A DNA stretch of 64,000 nt. Origin: Oopsacas minuta (lineage: Eukaryota > Animalia > Porifera). Positions 51,597-64,000 of this stretch are shown here, in pieces (position 1 is the stretch's first letter; the number at the start of each line of letters is the position of its first letter). The notes under the pieces are model-generated. The model searched no databases and was not told the DNA's origin. It worked only from the letters and a program-made list of their open reading frames with translations. The DNA is taken from positions 186,001 to 250,000 of the forward strand of contig JAKMXF010000133.1 in NCBI GenBank assembly GCA_024704765.1. The letters run 5' to 3'. A program made the translations under genes and the position numbers.

Positions 51597-54245
51597 CTAC
51601 TGCTTAATTGCACTGTCTACATCGTCAGTAGCTAGGTTAATAGAGCTACATTGGAAGCCACAAGAGGAGATCGGTGGGTGCGACATATTGGGGTGTTGTC
51701 CCTTCAAATGCTGTCGTAACGTGGCTCTGGAACTGTAATATTTTAGACATATACTACATCGATACCTGACACCATTATGTACGTCCATGTGTGCGTCATA
51801 TGGCGCACGGATACGAAATGATTTGTTACAAACATTACACTGAAACGGTTTTTCTCCTGTATGCAGCATTCTGTGGTATTTAAGAGAGCCTCGTTGTGTG
51901 AATGCTCGGTTACAAATATCACAGACATGTCTCTTCTTAAAATGTCCAGACATCTGAGAACTATATCCCATTCTGAAGTTTGGAGTCTGTACTTTAGTGC
52001 TATCCTGTGGTAACAGTGCTAGCTGTGATGAATGTTGCGTTCCAATGGGCAATTCCGTTACTAGGACTCTGCTGTTATCAACTTGAGGCAATGTGAATAG
52101 CTGAGGTTCAGAATTATGTCTCCCATTCTCTGGGATTTGATGCTCACTGGAAGATGTAGACATCTTCCTATCAGTGAGATTAGAATCATCTGCTGTAGTT
52201 GGTCTATCCAGGGTTACAGTTTGTGGTTCTTGGATTATTTGGTAGAGTGTAGTACCATTAGATTGTTGTTGTACCCCTGGCAGAGTCTGGTTATTAACTG
52301 CTAGAGTTATAGCTGTGTTATCTTCTGTTAAGTTTCCTGATCCGTTTATGTAGATAGTGTTAGGCTAGAAGAGAGCATTAATAAATGACTACAATTAACC
52401 CAGAGTTATGCAAAAAATGCAATGGGGATGCTACTCCCTGAAGATGTTCAACCTTGGTACCAAAAGACAAGTAACATCAATCAGATTTGCAAAAATAGAC
52501 AACTCTCTGAGAATGGTGACTAATGCGTTGACCTATCAGATTTGAGAGTATACTCAGTATGATAGACTGATATTCTATTGGTAAATTGAATTTACAAGTT
52601 ACGTACATATATCTGAAACTGTAAATTGATTGGCTTAGGGAAAACATAAACATCTGTAATTCTAACAAACACGAGAGGGACTAATTATAATTATTTGTTC
52701 AAGGAACAATTCAAATTGTTTACACAATCAACTCCCGTAATAATAAACATGGATATATTGAAATACCAGCTGATATCCAAGCCTGAAAATGTACAAATAT
52801 GGTACCAAAATTGTCGTGAACTGTCAGAGTAACATATATTACATCGGCTATATCGAAATAATCATCGGCGGTCCCTTGAGCTTCGATATAACTCTAGCTG
52901 ATTATAGTTAGTCGTATATCCTATAATACACAATACCATTGTTAATTAAGTCCTCCAAGGAGTCAAATATATTATAGAAATCGTATCAGTGCTAACACAT
53001 AAGTATTTCTGCGTTATCATACGCATGAATATGTTACAAATAAAAGTACAAGCTATAGACTGAATCAGGAATAGTAAATGATGTTAATCTGTAAACAAAT
53101 GTATTAAAATATGATAAAACGTGGCTACAATATCGACATATAGTTATGTTCATATGTCATAAGCGATATGCGATTTATCCTTAGAAGTGATGAAAAAGTC
53201 TTGAAACTTGTATGAATCATATCAACAACTAGCTATCCTCATAACATGAATGTTTTGATATCTACGATGTGATATTTACAGAGCCACAAGGAGAAATACA
53301 TACATATACATCAATTAGGTCAAAGTATTCTTGGACCAAATTGGCCCAATTAATCCGAGAGAAGGTGAACCAATGGTACCTAGCTTAAGTTTCATGATGG
53401 CTATTATCGGCTCATTTATCATAAAATCTGCCAATAATTAGTGAATAAATAATATTGCAAAAATGAACTCATTTGTTAATAATAATCGCAGTCATTATTA
53501 TTTAATTCTATTGTTCTAACGACTAAAGCGGGTCATTAATATGTTTTGTTAAATGATATAACTGATATGAGTTTGTGCAATGATAGCCTTGCGATTAATT
53601 GGTTTCCCTGATTGTATGTATGTATTTTGGATTATATTTAAGATAGCCAGATGAATTGTGAAGGATATATGATTTCATAACCTTGCATATACACAATAAT
53701 ATTTATGTTGTTTGTGTCGATTATTCGCAGAAAGTAATTACCCAAACAAGCAATAAATGTATATTTTAGCGATCATAAAATGAAGTAAGTAATGTATGGC
53801 TGTAATTGCCTTATATAAGAGTATAACTATACTGAAAGTATATGGTATAACTCACTTGCTGATTAGCTCCTTGAGATTGTGGGATTAAGATGTAGTATGT
53901 ATTATTAGCAGGGGTAGGGAGGACCTGTTGCTGTTGTTGCTGTTGTTGTTGTACCGCTGTCCCCAGGGGTATCTGTGTGTTCTCCTTCTCATCTTCAGAA
54001 GAGGCTGTTTCCGGGTGGACAGGAACCTCCTCGGGTGTAGGGGGGTTTGGAGGGGGGTTGGAGGATGGGGGAGTCGATTCGCACTTGACCGAGGTAAAAT
54101 GTTGTGATATATGTTTATTGACCTCAGCCTCGCTCATGAAACCCTGCTGGCATAAGCCGCAATAGTATATGAGTAAACCAACAGATGGACTAATCGAATT
54201 TTGCAATATCTGTGTGCACAGAGAAATCTCGCCATTCTGACTCAT
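51597..54245 (-). CDS. C2H2 zinc-finger protein, two exons (54245-53856, 52364-51597)
   Basis: One N-terminal finger, polyQ, a phase-0 GTGAG...CTAG intron with open frame through 52364-52163, then three fingers with an HTGEKPF linker. Confidence 0.8.
52724..52906. mobile_element. MITE family 1 copy in the zinc-finger intron
   Basis: CAATCAACTCCCG...GTCCCTTGAGCTTCGATATAAC...GCTGATTA. Confidence 0.75.
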
Positions 54246-54530
54246 TCTATTCAAAAATATCCAAAAGTAATGGCAGTTCTATTCAGCGCAATCAGAGCGA
54301 AAAAATGACAGATTTAATGAATAGTAAAATTATTGAAAGAGCACGTGTTTAAATAGCATAAATATTAAGCTAACCAAGTGAATTTGGTCTTTATATATAC
54401 TTGTGTATGATGGCTTCATCAAGCACATGAAAAACTGTAAGAGTATAAATTCAGCTATACATATATATGAATATACCCAATACGCAGTAACAGAATAGCA
54501 TCGAATATATCCGAGCTAATTAGCTTAATA

Positions 54531-55613
54531 ATGCAACTTAAGCTAAAGCAAGTTTACTGCATGGCTTTGCTTGGGCTATTGCTTAGTGCATTGCAGATTG
54601 TAGCAGGGCTATATGAATCCAAGGCTACACTATATCAATCAGAATCTCTGCAAGAGTTCATAAAATTTGTAGAAAAACATAATAAAAGGTACTTAACTAA
54701 CCAAGAGCTTTACGCTCGCTTTACGAGGTTTAAGAACAACAGACAAGTTGTGGATGAATTAAATTCGAGGGTGCCGAAGGGGGACACCGCGAATTACGGA
54801 GTCACCGTGTTTTCAGATTCAACGACGGACGAGTTTGTTAAGCGACTAAACTTTATGGACGATATCTTAGCCGATGAGCGGTTAACATTGAAAGAGGATT
54901 TCTATATCGACCCTATTGATCCTCCTGTCAGCGTCAATGAGACATTATCTACTGATAAACTACCGTTAGAAATAGATTGGACAGAACAAGCGATTGTGTC
55001 ACCAGTGAAAGATCAAACTACTTGTTCTTCATGTGCCGTATTTGCTAGTATAGAGACGATTGAGTCCGCGTGGGCACTGAAAAATGGGAAATTATACACA
55101 CTAGCTATACAAGAAAATTTAGACTGTGGGCCAACGAATCCGTGCGTAGCAGGATCTTCATATAACTACAATTATATCCTGTTAATCCATCTTGGGGGCA
55201 TACCTATGAACACGACATACAAGTACACGTCAACTCGGAGTGATTGCAAACTCGATAAAATCAGTAGTTCCGATAGATTAGTTTCAATTAGCAATTACTG
55301 GTTAGTTAACTACCCGACAGATGGATACATGATGTCAGTTGTAAGCAAGTTTGGACCTGTGGGGCTTGCTATAAATGCTAATACACTACAATTCTATGAG
55401 TCTGGGATTATTGATTCGGAAGTAACCGGATGTAGTGAAATGGTTAATCACGCTGTACTGCTAGTCGGATACGGAGAGACGGAGGACCGGATCAAATTCT
55501 GGAAATTAAAGAACACCTGGGGTGAGAAATGGGGTGAAAAAGGGTACTTTCGGCTCATCAGAGGTAAAAATGCCTGCGGGATTAACCGGCTAATGTCTGG
55601 GCCTTATATTTAA
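54531..55613 (+). CDS. Papain-family (C1A) cathepsin with I29 propeptide, intronless
   Basis: Signal peptide, ERFNIN-like ELYARFTRFKNNRQVVDELN, KDQTTCSSCAVF (catalytic Cys), NHAVLLVGYG (His) and WKLKNTWGEKWGEKGY (Asn). Confidence 0.92.
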   Translation: MQLKLKQVYCMALLGLLLSALQIVAGLYESKATLYQSESLQEFIKFVEKHNKRYLTNQELYARFTRFKNNRQVVDELNSRVPKGDTANYGVTVFSDSTTDEFVKRLNFMDDILADERLTLKEDFYIDPIDPPVSVNETLSTDKLPLEIDWTEQAIVSPVKDQTTCSSCAVFASIETIESAWALKNGKLYTLAIQENLDCGPTNPCVAGSSYNYNYILLIHLGGIPMNTTYKYTSTRSDCKLDKISSSDRLVSISNYWLVNYPTDGYMMSVVSKFGPVGLAINANTLQFYESGIIDSEVTGCSEMVNHAVLLVGYGETEDRIKFWKLKNTWGEKWGEKGYFRLIRGKNACGINRLMSGPYI

Positions 55614-56681
55614 TTTAATAAATATTATGCTCGATAATTGCTATGATGACTAGTGCTATTCGTAATGTTGCTAACATGTATAGACATGTAACAGTGAATG
55701 CTGTTATCCTGTTGATGCAGATTTTGTTATATAAAAAAGAGTAACAATTATACCAAAATTGATGGGTATTTTGCTGTAATATATTTTGGCCAAAAGGTTT
55801 AATTAGATTATTCAAAGACGAGCTATTAGTAAAGAATGCAATTAGCATGTGATGACACGTGTTGTTTGCGATAAAAGTAAAAACATCTCTTTCCAATTAA
55901 AATTTGTCCAGGCCTCTCTCCTCGGATTTTATACACTACACAGTTTAAGGACATATTACAAGACAGACCTCCCACCCCCTATTTGAGTTCCAAAGTTGAT
56001 GTGAATATTTTACTAGCATATTAATATTCAAGTGTAATATGAGCAAACAACAAACTAAAATGTGCATAACTGATCACGTGACTTCACGTAGAATATATGA
56101 TACTTTATTAAAAATGTAATTCGAACAATTTGAACTCAAAAAAATTAACATGTGGATTATATTTTTCACAAAATAGTGTTAATAACTTGACTAACAATAT
56201 AGCGTATCAACACTATATGAACGCATAAATATACAGGTGATAAATAATTATTATTAATATAGACATATACCGTCATTCTCTGAATAAGCGTCGGGGCTAG
56301 AAAAAGGCTATAAGACTTGTGAATACAAAAATCTCCTCTCTCTAGAAGAGATCTTTGTATGAAATTTCGCCTCATTTGACTATGCAACAATTAGTGATGA
56401 TTAGTTTTGCAAAAGTTGTATAAAGTGATTCCGAAAAATATGATTATTTATGGAATGTTAAGAATCTGTTTGTATAATAATCCCCATAAATATAGTAAAT
56501 AATAGTCGGGTAAGTGTGAATTATTTGATCGTTAAATACACACAAATTTGATTATTAATTTATATAAACTGAGTTAATTAGAATATAGCAAATGCCTTCA
56601 TTGATATGTCTATCATAAAATCAATATTCTAATTATTGCAATGAAAAGTTTAGAAGTCATAGTGAATAACAACAATCAATG

Positions 56682-57651
56682 CTAGATGTCAGTTGGTATT
56701 TCCAGTGGGGCCAGGGCCTGTCGTTTCCTAGCTGTGTTCATATACGGACGTAATCTCCACTCTACATCAGCCTCTGTCTCATTGACAGTTCCAAGGCGAA
56801 TTAAATAAGGTCTGAGTTCGAAACGGGGGCCTACCTCTTCCAATTCTATTTCTCTACTTTTGAATTTACGTTTATACATATGGTGTCTGAAGGAAATAAA
56901 ATCTTTATCGTTAGCGAATGTCATTATCCTCTTTGCATCAGGTTTAGGCACGGGAAATAAATATTTTAAAATATTAGTAACTCTCTTGCCTAGTTTTGAA
57001 GTTAGATTATTAAAAATAAGATGTGGATATTGTTCAGATATTTTACCAACGTCTGGGATATCGTGACGTAATACTGTCCCTGATAGAGTAAAATAGGCAG
57101 TAGGACCGTACGGGAAATGTGAGACTACAATTCCATCAGGGACCCCCCTATGCTCGTGGGCTATAATTAGGTCAGTTACACCGTTAGATTTACAGGCCTC
57201 TACCAGTTGTGTGAGAACAGCATTACCTCTGTTTAACCGTTGAGCATTCGGGAAAATCAGTTTTAATTCTTTCGCGAATTGTTTCAACCTACTACTCGGT
57301 GAGTGAGATGTGGTTACTACTAATTTAGGATCTTCTACTCCTGCATAAGCGTACTCATCATCCTACAATAATTACTACTGTAAATACGAACACCAACGAA
57401 CGGTCAGAATATTTTCGCCTAGGTTCACTGTAATTTACCTCGTGTGTGGTTTCCAGTTGTGTATCAGGATCATCCAATTCCATCTTAGATACCAATCTCC
57501 CTTCATCTCCCCTCATCTCTGTAGGTATAGAGGTACCATCCTCTAACGCACGTTTGAATTTACGTTTCCGTTCTAGAATAGAATGTTCCTGAGACTCTAG
57601 ATTCTTCCTATACAAATACTCCCTGCGGAGTCTAGCTTGTCTGCGTAGCAT
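56682..57651 (-). CDS. IMP4: U3 snoRNP protein IMP4, two exons (57651-57439, 57362-56682)
   Basis: MLRRQARLRREYLYRK, DDEYAYAGVEDPKLVVTTS, EHRGVPDG and EVGPRFELRPY. Confidence 0.96.
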
Positions 57652-57806
57652 TAAGCTAGTAATTATTATTCTAAATAGTAATGAGCAAATGATTGCAGAT
57701 GAGAAAGAGAGAATTCTTGATAACATATTTAGCGAACAATACTAAAGTTGTTATCCTACATTATACTTTGAGTTGTTAGAATAATAAGAATTCTCTATCC
57801 ATTAAT

Positions 57807-57970
57807 TACAGCTAATGCCACTGCTATTATAGAAATGGATATGAATACATATCAAAGTCTAAAATTGTACAAAGATGGTCCCAAACCTTCAGAGTAACAT
57901 AATGTATATCGGTTTTATCGAAGTGATTAGTGCTGTCCCTTGAGCTTCAATAAAACTGGGGTTGACTGTA
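57807..57970. mobile_element. MITE family 1 copy between PNPLA8 and IMP4
   Basis: Core TGTCCCTTGAGCTTC and right end GGGGTTGACTG-TA; left end degenerate. Confidence 0.7.
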
Positions 57971-58077
57971 ATGAAAATGAAATGAGTCATTCCAGTTATT
58001 TGATTCAAATTGACAATCATTACAAACTCATTTATTATTTACAATCAAAAGAAGTACAAAGCCAAAACAGAACTTTG

Positions 58078-60085
58078 TTACTTTGACATTTGTATTTGTT
58101 TAAAAAAATTTGTTAATCCTGATGGTTCACGAAATAACGCTTCTCTCATATTAGCGAATTTTATTTTATTGTGATTTATATACTTTTTGGTTTCTTGGAT
58201 AATTAAATTGAGCTCCTCTTCCCGAGACTCGTCCATAGGAACTTCTTTAGAGAACCCGGGGTTTAACCGGAAATAAGGAACACCTAGCATTGGTAATAAA
58301 TCAGATAGCGTGTCGTGTGTTCCATTAGAGCTAGATGTTATACAATAGAATAATACACGAAGTTTATCTGTTATTGAAAGTATGTTTATTCCTTGCGAAT
58401 CTTTATCGTCCGAACTAGATGACGCCGTTTCAACTAAGGATTCAAAATTACTCATTTTACCTGTACCGATAGATACCAAACATTGAATTTTATGCTCAGG
58501 CCATAGAATACTAGCTTCATGTATAGCAAGTGCTGATGGATTGTTAGCAACCAGACCGCCATCTTGGAATGCAGAACTCCCAATACAGTATTCAGCGAAA
58601 TAACCTATACATGATACATTAATGATACAAGCAATAATTGTATTCCACAGTGCAATTCTATGATATCAGAATGTATTGAGTTACATATGGGAATGCTTAA
58701 CACATATCACCGTAGGATAACGTATGCAGAAATATTATTATGAAGTAAACAATAAATGGTTGCACTTGACAACAAAAATCTACGATGGAATGCTGATCAT
58801 ATATCGCAAAACTGTAAGTACCCAGAAAATGATAATAACTGAATTATCCATGATATTAATCAGCAAATATTTGAAGACATTTATGTAATCAAAATAGCTT
58901 AATTAGTCTTACCAGGAGCTGCAGTAGAGGCTAGTATGGCATCTATCCATTTTACGTCACAAACACCTTCGTACTTGGATACCGATGGAATGCGGAAATT
59001 CCTAAATATATAAGGTTGTGGAGTGTCCCCCACGTGTGTCGCTACCACCCCCAGTCTTGGTTGGGAGGAGCTAGATGGTGTCACCCACATAGGCAGCTGG
59101 GTTGTCTTCTGTTCAGAGAGAAATTCTCTTAGCAACTCAGCGTTGTATATGGAATGTGTACTCCAAATCTGATAAGCAGCCCCAAATGTGCTCTGAGTAA
59201 ATATCTGGTGACTATAGTTACAATGATTACAGAAAGGAATTTTCATACACAAGATATACTTACCTGAATTTTTGGTAAATTTTGATACAATCAGAGAGTT
59301 CTATCTTACATACAAAGTGTAGAAATATAATTATAGCCCCTGTAGATGTTCCGTAAACTAAATCAAACATATCTCGGAGTCTTTGACCCGTACACTGCTC
59401 TAAGGCTGATAACAACTCGATAGCTACCAGACCTCTAGACCCACCCCCGTCTAGAGCAAGTATTCTGACACCTGACCCCTTGGGGTAACTCCCCCACCCA
59501 ATTAGAGAGAGGACCTGGTCCAATTTACCTAAATCACAAAATATATAATTCGAAATATCTGCAACAAACTATCGGAAATATTTGGGACAACAAAATCCTC
59601 AAATTTCTTTAAAAAAAGTAATGGAAATTTATAATTTTCCAAAAAGTATAACTCTTACGAGTGTAAGTAGCGAATGGTTTAGCTTCATCGGCGGATATCT
59701 TATCGATATCTAATCCCAGGTATAAATTCCTTTGATCCAGAGCACGTCTATGTCTGTGTAGTTGAAATGACGTCAGTTTGAGTAATCTCTTCGTTTCTTC
59801 GCATTCTAGAAAGCTAGTTACACTAGCGTCCTGTTGGAACGTCATAGAATGTAGTGTCGGGGTTATTTGATCCAGTAGGGTGTCTACTCGAGGACTATAA
59901 GTGGGGCGTGCCCTGAATGGGTAAGGAGGGAGAGTGTTTATGAGTGTCCTGAGGTGTGAATTGAAATTATACTTGTTTACAGTACCATGAGAGAACCTTG
60001 TTCCTGTTGTGTAACTGTAATGAAGTTGGACAGGCATTCGAACATACCTAGACCTCATTAGCATTTGTGTTAGCTGGTGGAGCAT
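58078..60085 (-). CDS. PNPLA8: Calcium-independent phospholipase A2-gamma-like patatin protein, multi-exon
   Basis: ILALDGGGSRG, GTSTG, AILASTAAPG, FQDGGLVANNP (about 58545-58575) and VSIGTGK. Confidence 0.88.
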
Positions 60086-60559
60086 AACACCAGGAATAAT
60101 TCTAGATCATTATAGTACAGCTCCAATAAGGAGATTAACTATGGCATGGATGTTGTACAATGTCTGTACGTCCTTGCGAACTCTGAGAGCCCGATTAAGG
60201 GACCGTTCAAACGTTACCAACGGCAAGGAGGGGACCGGGGGTGGTGTGCAGACAGCCCCATTATGTACTATTACAAAATCTGGCGCGGAACATCCATTTC
60301 AAAATTGTATGGCGGAATATTTTATTATATCTAAAGTTGTATGACAATACAGGACCAAATAATACAAAATGGACCGCGATTATTTATGCCCTCTTGTTCC
60401 CGTGTTCTTGTTGACAAACAAATATACTTTTGTATCACACATGAATCTTCAATTTTCTTAAACTAAGTGTTATATAATATAAGAAACGAAGTTTGTAGTT
60501 TTATATGAAGTATTGTTAGATAGAATTTGAAGGTTATACTTCCAAATACCTCTGTTGTT

Positions 60560-63500
60560 ATGGCGTCTGATTTCCTCTCAGAAATCAATAACTGCGGACA
60601 AACTATCCTACGTCTGGTTAGTCGTGGTAACGCTATTATAGCAGAACTACTGAGATTATCAGAGTTCATTCCTGTTGAGTTCAGTCCTGGACCTGATACT
60701 CCCAAAGAGGAGAGAGAGAGACTGGAACTCTTGTTACCAGATTTCTCATATTTCCAGAAACCAGACTTATGCGAGGCTAGGATAGATCAGAATGAAGCAC
60801 TACAGGTATTTAGTAACCCCTACTTTTCCTATTTGTATATATAATTGTATATTTAGAACAAAGATGAAGAACTACGAGAAAATATGATAGAGATACTAAC
60901 CAGATTCTACCTAGTTTTTGAGAGTGTTTACAAGTACGTCACAGACCTACAGAGGTTCTTAGAGGAATTGGACGAAGGCGTGTTCGTACAACAGACCCTG
61001 GAGAGTGTGCTCATGAATGCTGATGGTAAACAGTTGATGGCAGAAGCTCTGTTCCTATACGGAGTCATGTTAATTATTATAGAGGATAAATACGAGGCTA
61101 TTGTGAGTTATCAAATAATCTAGACAAGTCGACAGGGTGAATACATACACACCAAGTGAATAGCCAAATTGAGCTTTACCCCTAGCTAAGTTGCAATTTA
61201 CAGTCACCTGCCGTTATATCGAACACATATATCGAAACACCCGCTCATATCGAAGTTTGAAATTATACAAATAAAGTCCCAAACCGTCAAAGTTAGTAAC
61301 AAAATATAATCGATATAACAGGAGTTGACTGTATTTCCAAAGCCTAATAATTCACAAAAATACTGGCTATAAGGGGCTATAGTGACCTGACTCAATATGA
61401 TAGTGAATTATTTCACATAGCAATGAATTCATCTTATCCTCCCTGTTCAGGTCAGAGAACGTATAATGGTATCATACTACAGATACAGCTCAAGTAAAGC
61501 TAATGAAGACAATAATATTGATGACGTATGTAAGCTACTACGGAGTACAGGCTATGTAAAGTATCAAGGAGGATATACACGACCTAAGAATTATCCAGAG
61601 AACTATTTCTCCAGGATAGCTATCAGTGAAGAGTTTATTGATATGATCATAGGCAGATTGAGATCTGATGATATCTATAATCAAATACAATCATATCCAT
61701 CTCCTGACCAGAGGAGTGTTGCTCTTGCTAATCAGGTAACATCTACCATGGATGCTGAATTAATTTTAAGACAAATATTCTGACACTTAACTTTGAATTG
61801 TTTGTGTCTTATTAATGTAAACAATTATTGTTATGTACTTATATAGGCCGCTATGTTGTACGTGATACTCTACTTCCAACCATCTCTACTAAATTTGCAG
61901 CAAGCTAAGATGCGTGAAATCGTAGACAAGCACTTTCCAGATAATTGGGTTATATCTATCTATATGGGAATGACAGTTAACTTGATAGAAGCGTGGGAGC
62001 CTTATAAGGCAGCTAAAACAGCTCTGAATAATACGCTAGAGATGTCTAACTTGCAAGCACAAGCTATACACCACACTAACATGCTGGAGAAGACGAATAA
62101 GCAGGTCAGATCTAATTCCTGCTTGATGCCACAATTGCTTGTGGCTCAACCACTTTGTATAGCCATATCTCCAACATTATAAGTCCGTATTAATAGCTTA
62201 AGTTGCAAGTATGTAGGTCAGAGGGCCTTCTTCCCGAAAGATTCAGTCTCAGGACGATTCGTCATGCCATTAATACACTAATTTGTCCTTATAGGTTTTG
62301 AAATATTTGAAAGAAGGAGCTCTTGTAGAAGACTTCGTTCTAGACAATATTCCCCGATTAATGAGTTGTCTAAGAGACTGTAACGTGACAATACGATGGC
62401 TAATGTTACACACAGCTTATACACCTGAATGTGAGATAGCTGGTAGGTGTAAGAAGGTGAGAGAACAGCTGATCCAGGATTGTAGATATGATCCTACTAA
62501 AGTATTTGAATTATTATTAAACACAGCTCAATTTGAGTTTGTGCTCTCTGAGATGTGTAAGAAATTATTGGATATGAAATATGAGATTTGGTTGAATGAT
62601 AAAGATGAGTGTTCTTCTAGATTGAGAGAGCTTGGAGAGGTGAGTAATATATACATATATGGATATATAGTGTTATTACTGTAATACAAGTGTGTCCTCG
62701 AGTAAACGCATACTTCCCAACTGTCCAGAAACGTGACAAAAACTGTAAACACTTTTTTCTTAGGTATTCTCAGGAGAGAAGCCCCTAACTCGTGTGGAGA
62801 GGAACGACAACCTACAGGCCTGGTTCCAAGAGATGGCTAACCAAATAGATAAACTTAGCTATGAGGATAGTACATCAGCTGGTAGGAAGATAGTACAGCT
62901 GATACAAGCTATGGAAGAGGTGTTAGAATTCCATCAACTGGAACAGAATCTACAGGTTAAACAGTTCCTCCTAGATGTCCAGAGATATCTCAAACATATG
63001 CTACGTACTATTAATATTAAAGGAGAGACCCTCGTAGTGTTAAAGATAGTATCTGACCTTTCTTATGCTTGGATTATTATAGATACTTATACTCCATTCA
63101 TGCAGGTATGTAGATTTTTGTGAGAACACCCTTGGGGTTACAACACATGTTCTTATAACCCGTATAATATACAGGAATATATGAGAACCGTTTTCCAGAA
63201 CATGGTGCTTATAACCGGCATCCACTGTACAATTGTTAGATAAGACGAACTATAATACTGTAGAACTTGGACATCTTATCCGAGTCCTACTGTATTTAGA
63301 ATATTTGTTTATATTTAAGTTTCTTAGGAAGGAATCAAGAAGAACCCTCAGCTTGTAATAAAGCTCCGTGCTACCTTCCTGAAGCTAGCTACAGCACTAG
63401 ACCTCCCTCTAGTCCGTATACTACAAGCTAATAGCTCAGATCTACAGTCTGTATCTAAATACTATTCATCTGAATTAGTGTCTTATGTAAGGAAAGTATT

Positions 63501-64000
63501 ACAGATTATACCAGAATCTATGTTTTTGAAATTAGCGGAAATTATAAATCTACAAACTGACAAGGTAAGTGGTACTTAAATATGCCACGTCACCACTATC
63601 TTAGCGACACTTTTCACACCTTTTAAGGTGAAAAATTATATATATATTTCTTGTACACATTTCAGATAAAAGAAGTCCCTACTCGATTGGATAAAGACAA
63701 AATTCGCGAATTCTCACAGTTAAACGAACGTTACCAAGTAGCAGAACTAACTCACTCAATATCCGTGTTTACTGAAGGAATCTTAATGATGAAAACTACA
63801 CTAGTTGGTATAATTAAAGTAGACCCAAAGCAGTTATTAGAAGATGGTATCCGTAAGGAATTAGTTAACAAAGTAGCACAAGCGTTACACTACGGTCTCG
63901 TGTTTAATTACAGAACTAGAGTAAGTGAATTGGAACCAAAATTGAAACAGCTCGCCTCAGATATGTCAGGTTTTCTACGTTCGTTTGAGTACATACAGGA
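60560..64000 (+). CDS. WASHC5: Strumpellin (WASH complex subunit 5), multi-exon, incomplete at the window end
   Basis: [59 protein letters not shown] and [13 protein letters not shown]. Confidence 0.95.
61199..61333. mobile_element. MITE family 1 copy in a WASHC5 intron
   Basis: TA-CAGTCACCTGCCGTTATATCGA...TCGATATAACAGGAGTTGACTG-TA. Confidence 0.8.
63121..63229 (-). mobile_element. MITE family 2 copy in a WASHC5 intron
   Basis: Reverse complement aligns to 19626-19768 over about 110 bp. Confidence 0.8.

Noticed and set aside
54531-55613. Silicatein
   Set aside because: The catalytic residue is Cys, not Ser, and there is no serine cluster before the His.
56074-56081. TCACGTGA CLEAR/E-box near the cathepsin
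   Set aside because: It is a single 8-mer located downstream of the gene, between converging 3' ends.

Overview
This is AT-rich, very gene-dense eukaryotic DNA with metazoan gene content, short or absent introns and 100-400 bp spacers. That fits a compact early-branching animal genome and most resembles a hexactinellid (glass) sponge; this is inference, as no search was run. About 29 protein genes are present, 25 of them on the minus strand in head-to-tail runs: ACO1/IRP1, an EGF protein, ZW10, a heparanase-like gene, ASCC2, AP4E1, UXT, a GLUT6/8-like transporter, TARS, a JmjC protein, HS6ST, TTK/Mps1, LYSMD3, a cluster of orphan Ig-like receptors, centriolin, a macrodomain gene, a CCDC33-like gene, a C2H2 zinc-finger gene, IMP4 and PNPLA8. 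On the plus strand are a C18orf32-like gene, a PH-FERM adaptor, a C1A cathepsin and WASHC5 (runs off the right edge). The window also has one tRNA-Phe and several families of TA-flanked MITEs. The headline finding is a small plus-strand gene at 13240-13512, a C18orf32/UPF0729 homolog. It reads ATG GTA TGA TTT TCG TGT (M-V-U-F-S-C) where the human protein has M-V-C-I-P-C, and a textbook type-II SECIS hairpin lies about 20 nt after its stop codon. It is a candidate selenoprotein of a family I do not know to be Sec-containing, and the ORF track truncated it. Secondary findings: a splice-acceptor AG a few nt upstream of nearly every start codon (trans-splicing/operon signature), a heparanase with its catalytic nucleophile Glu replaced by Ser, a tandem family of divergent Ig-like receptors, and a perfect 61-bp palindrome. 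Protein identifications come from motif recognition and recalled sequences, not database searches.
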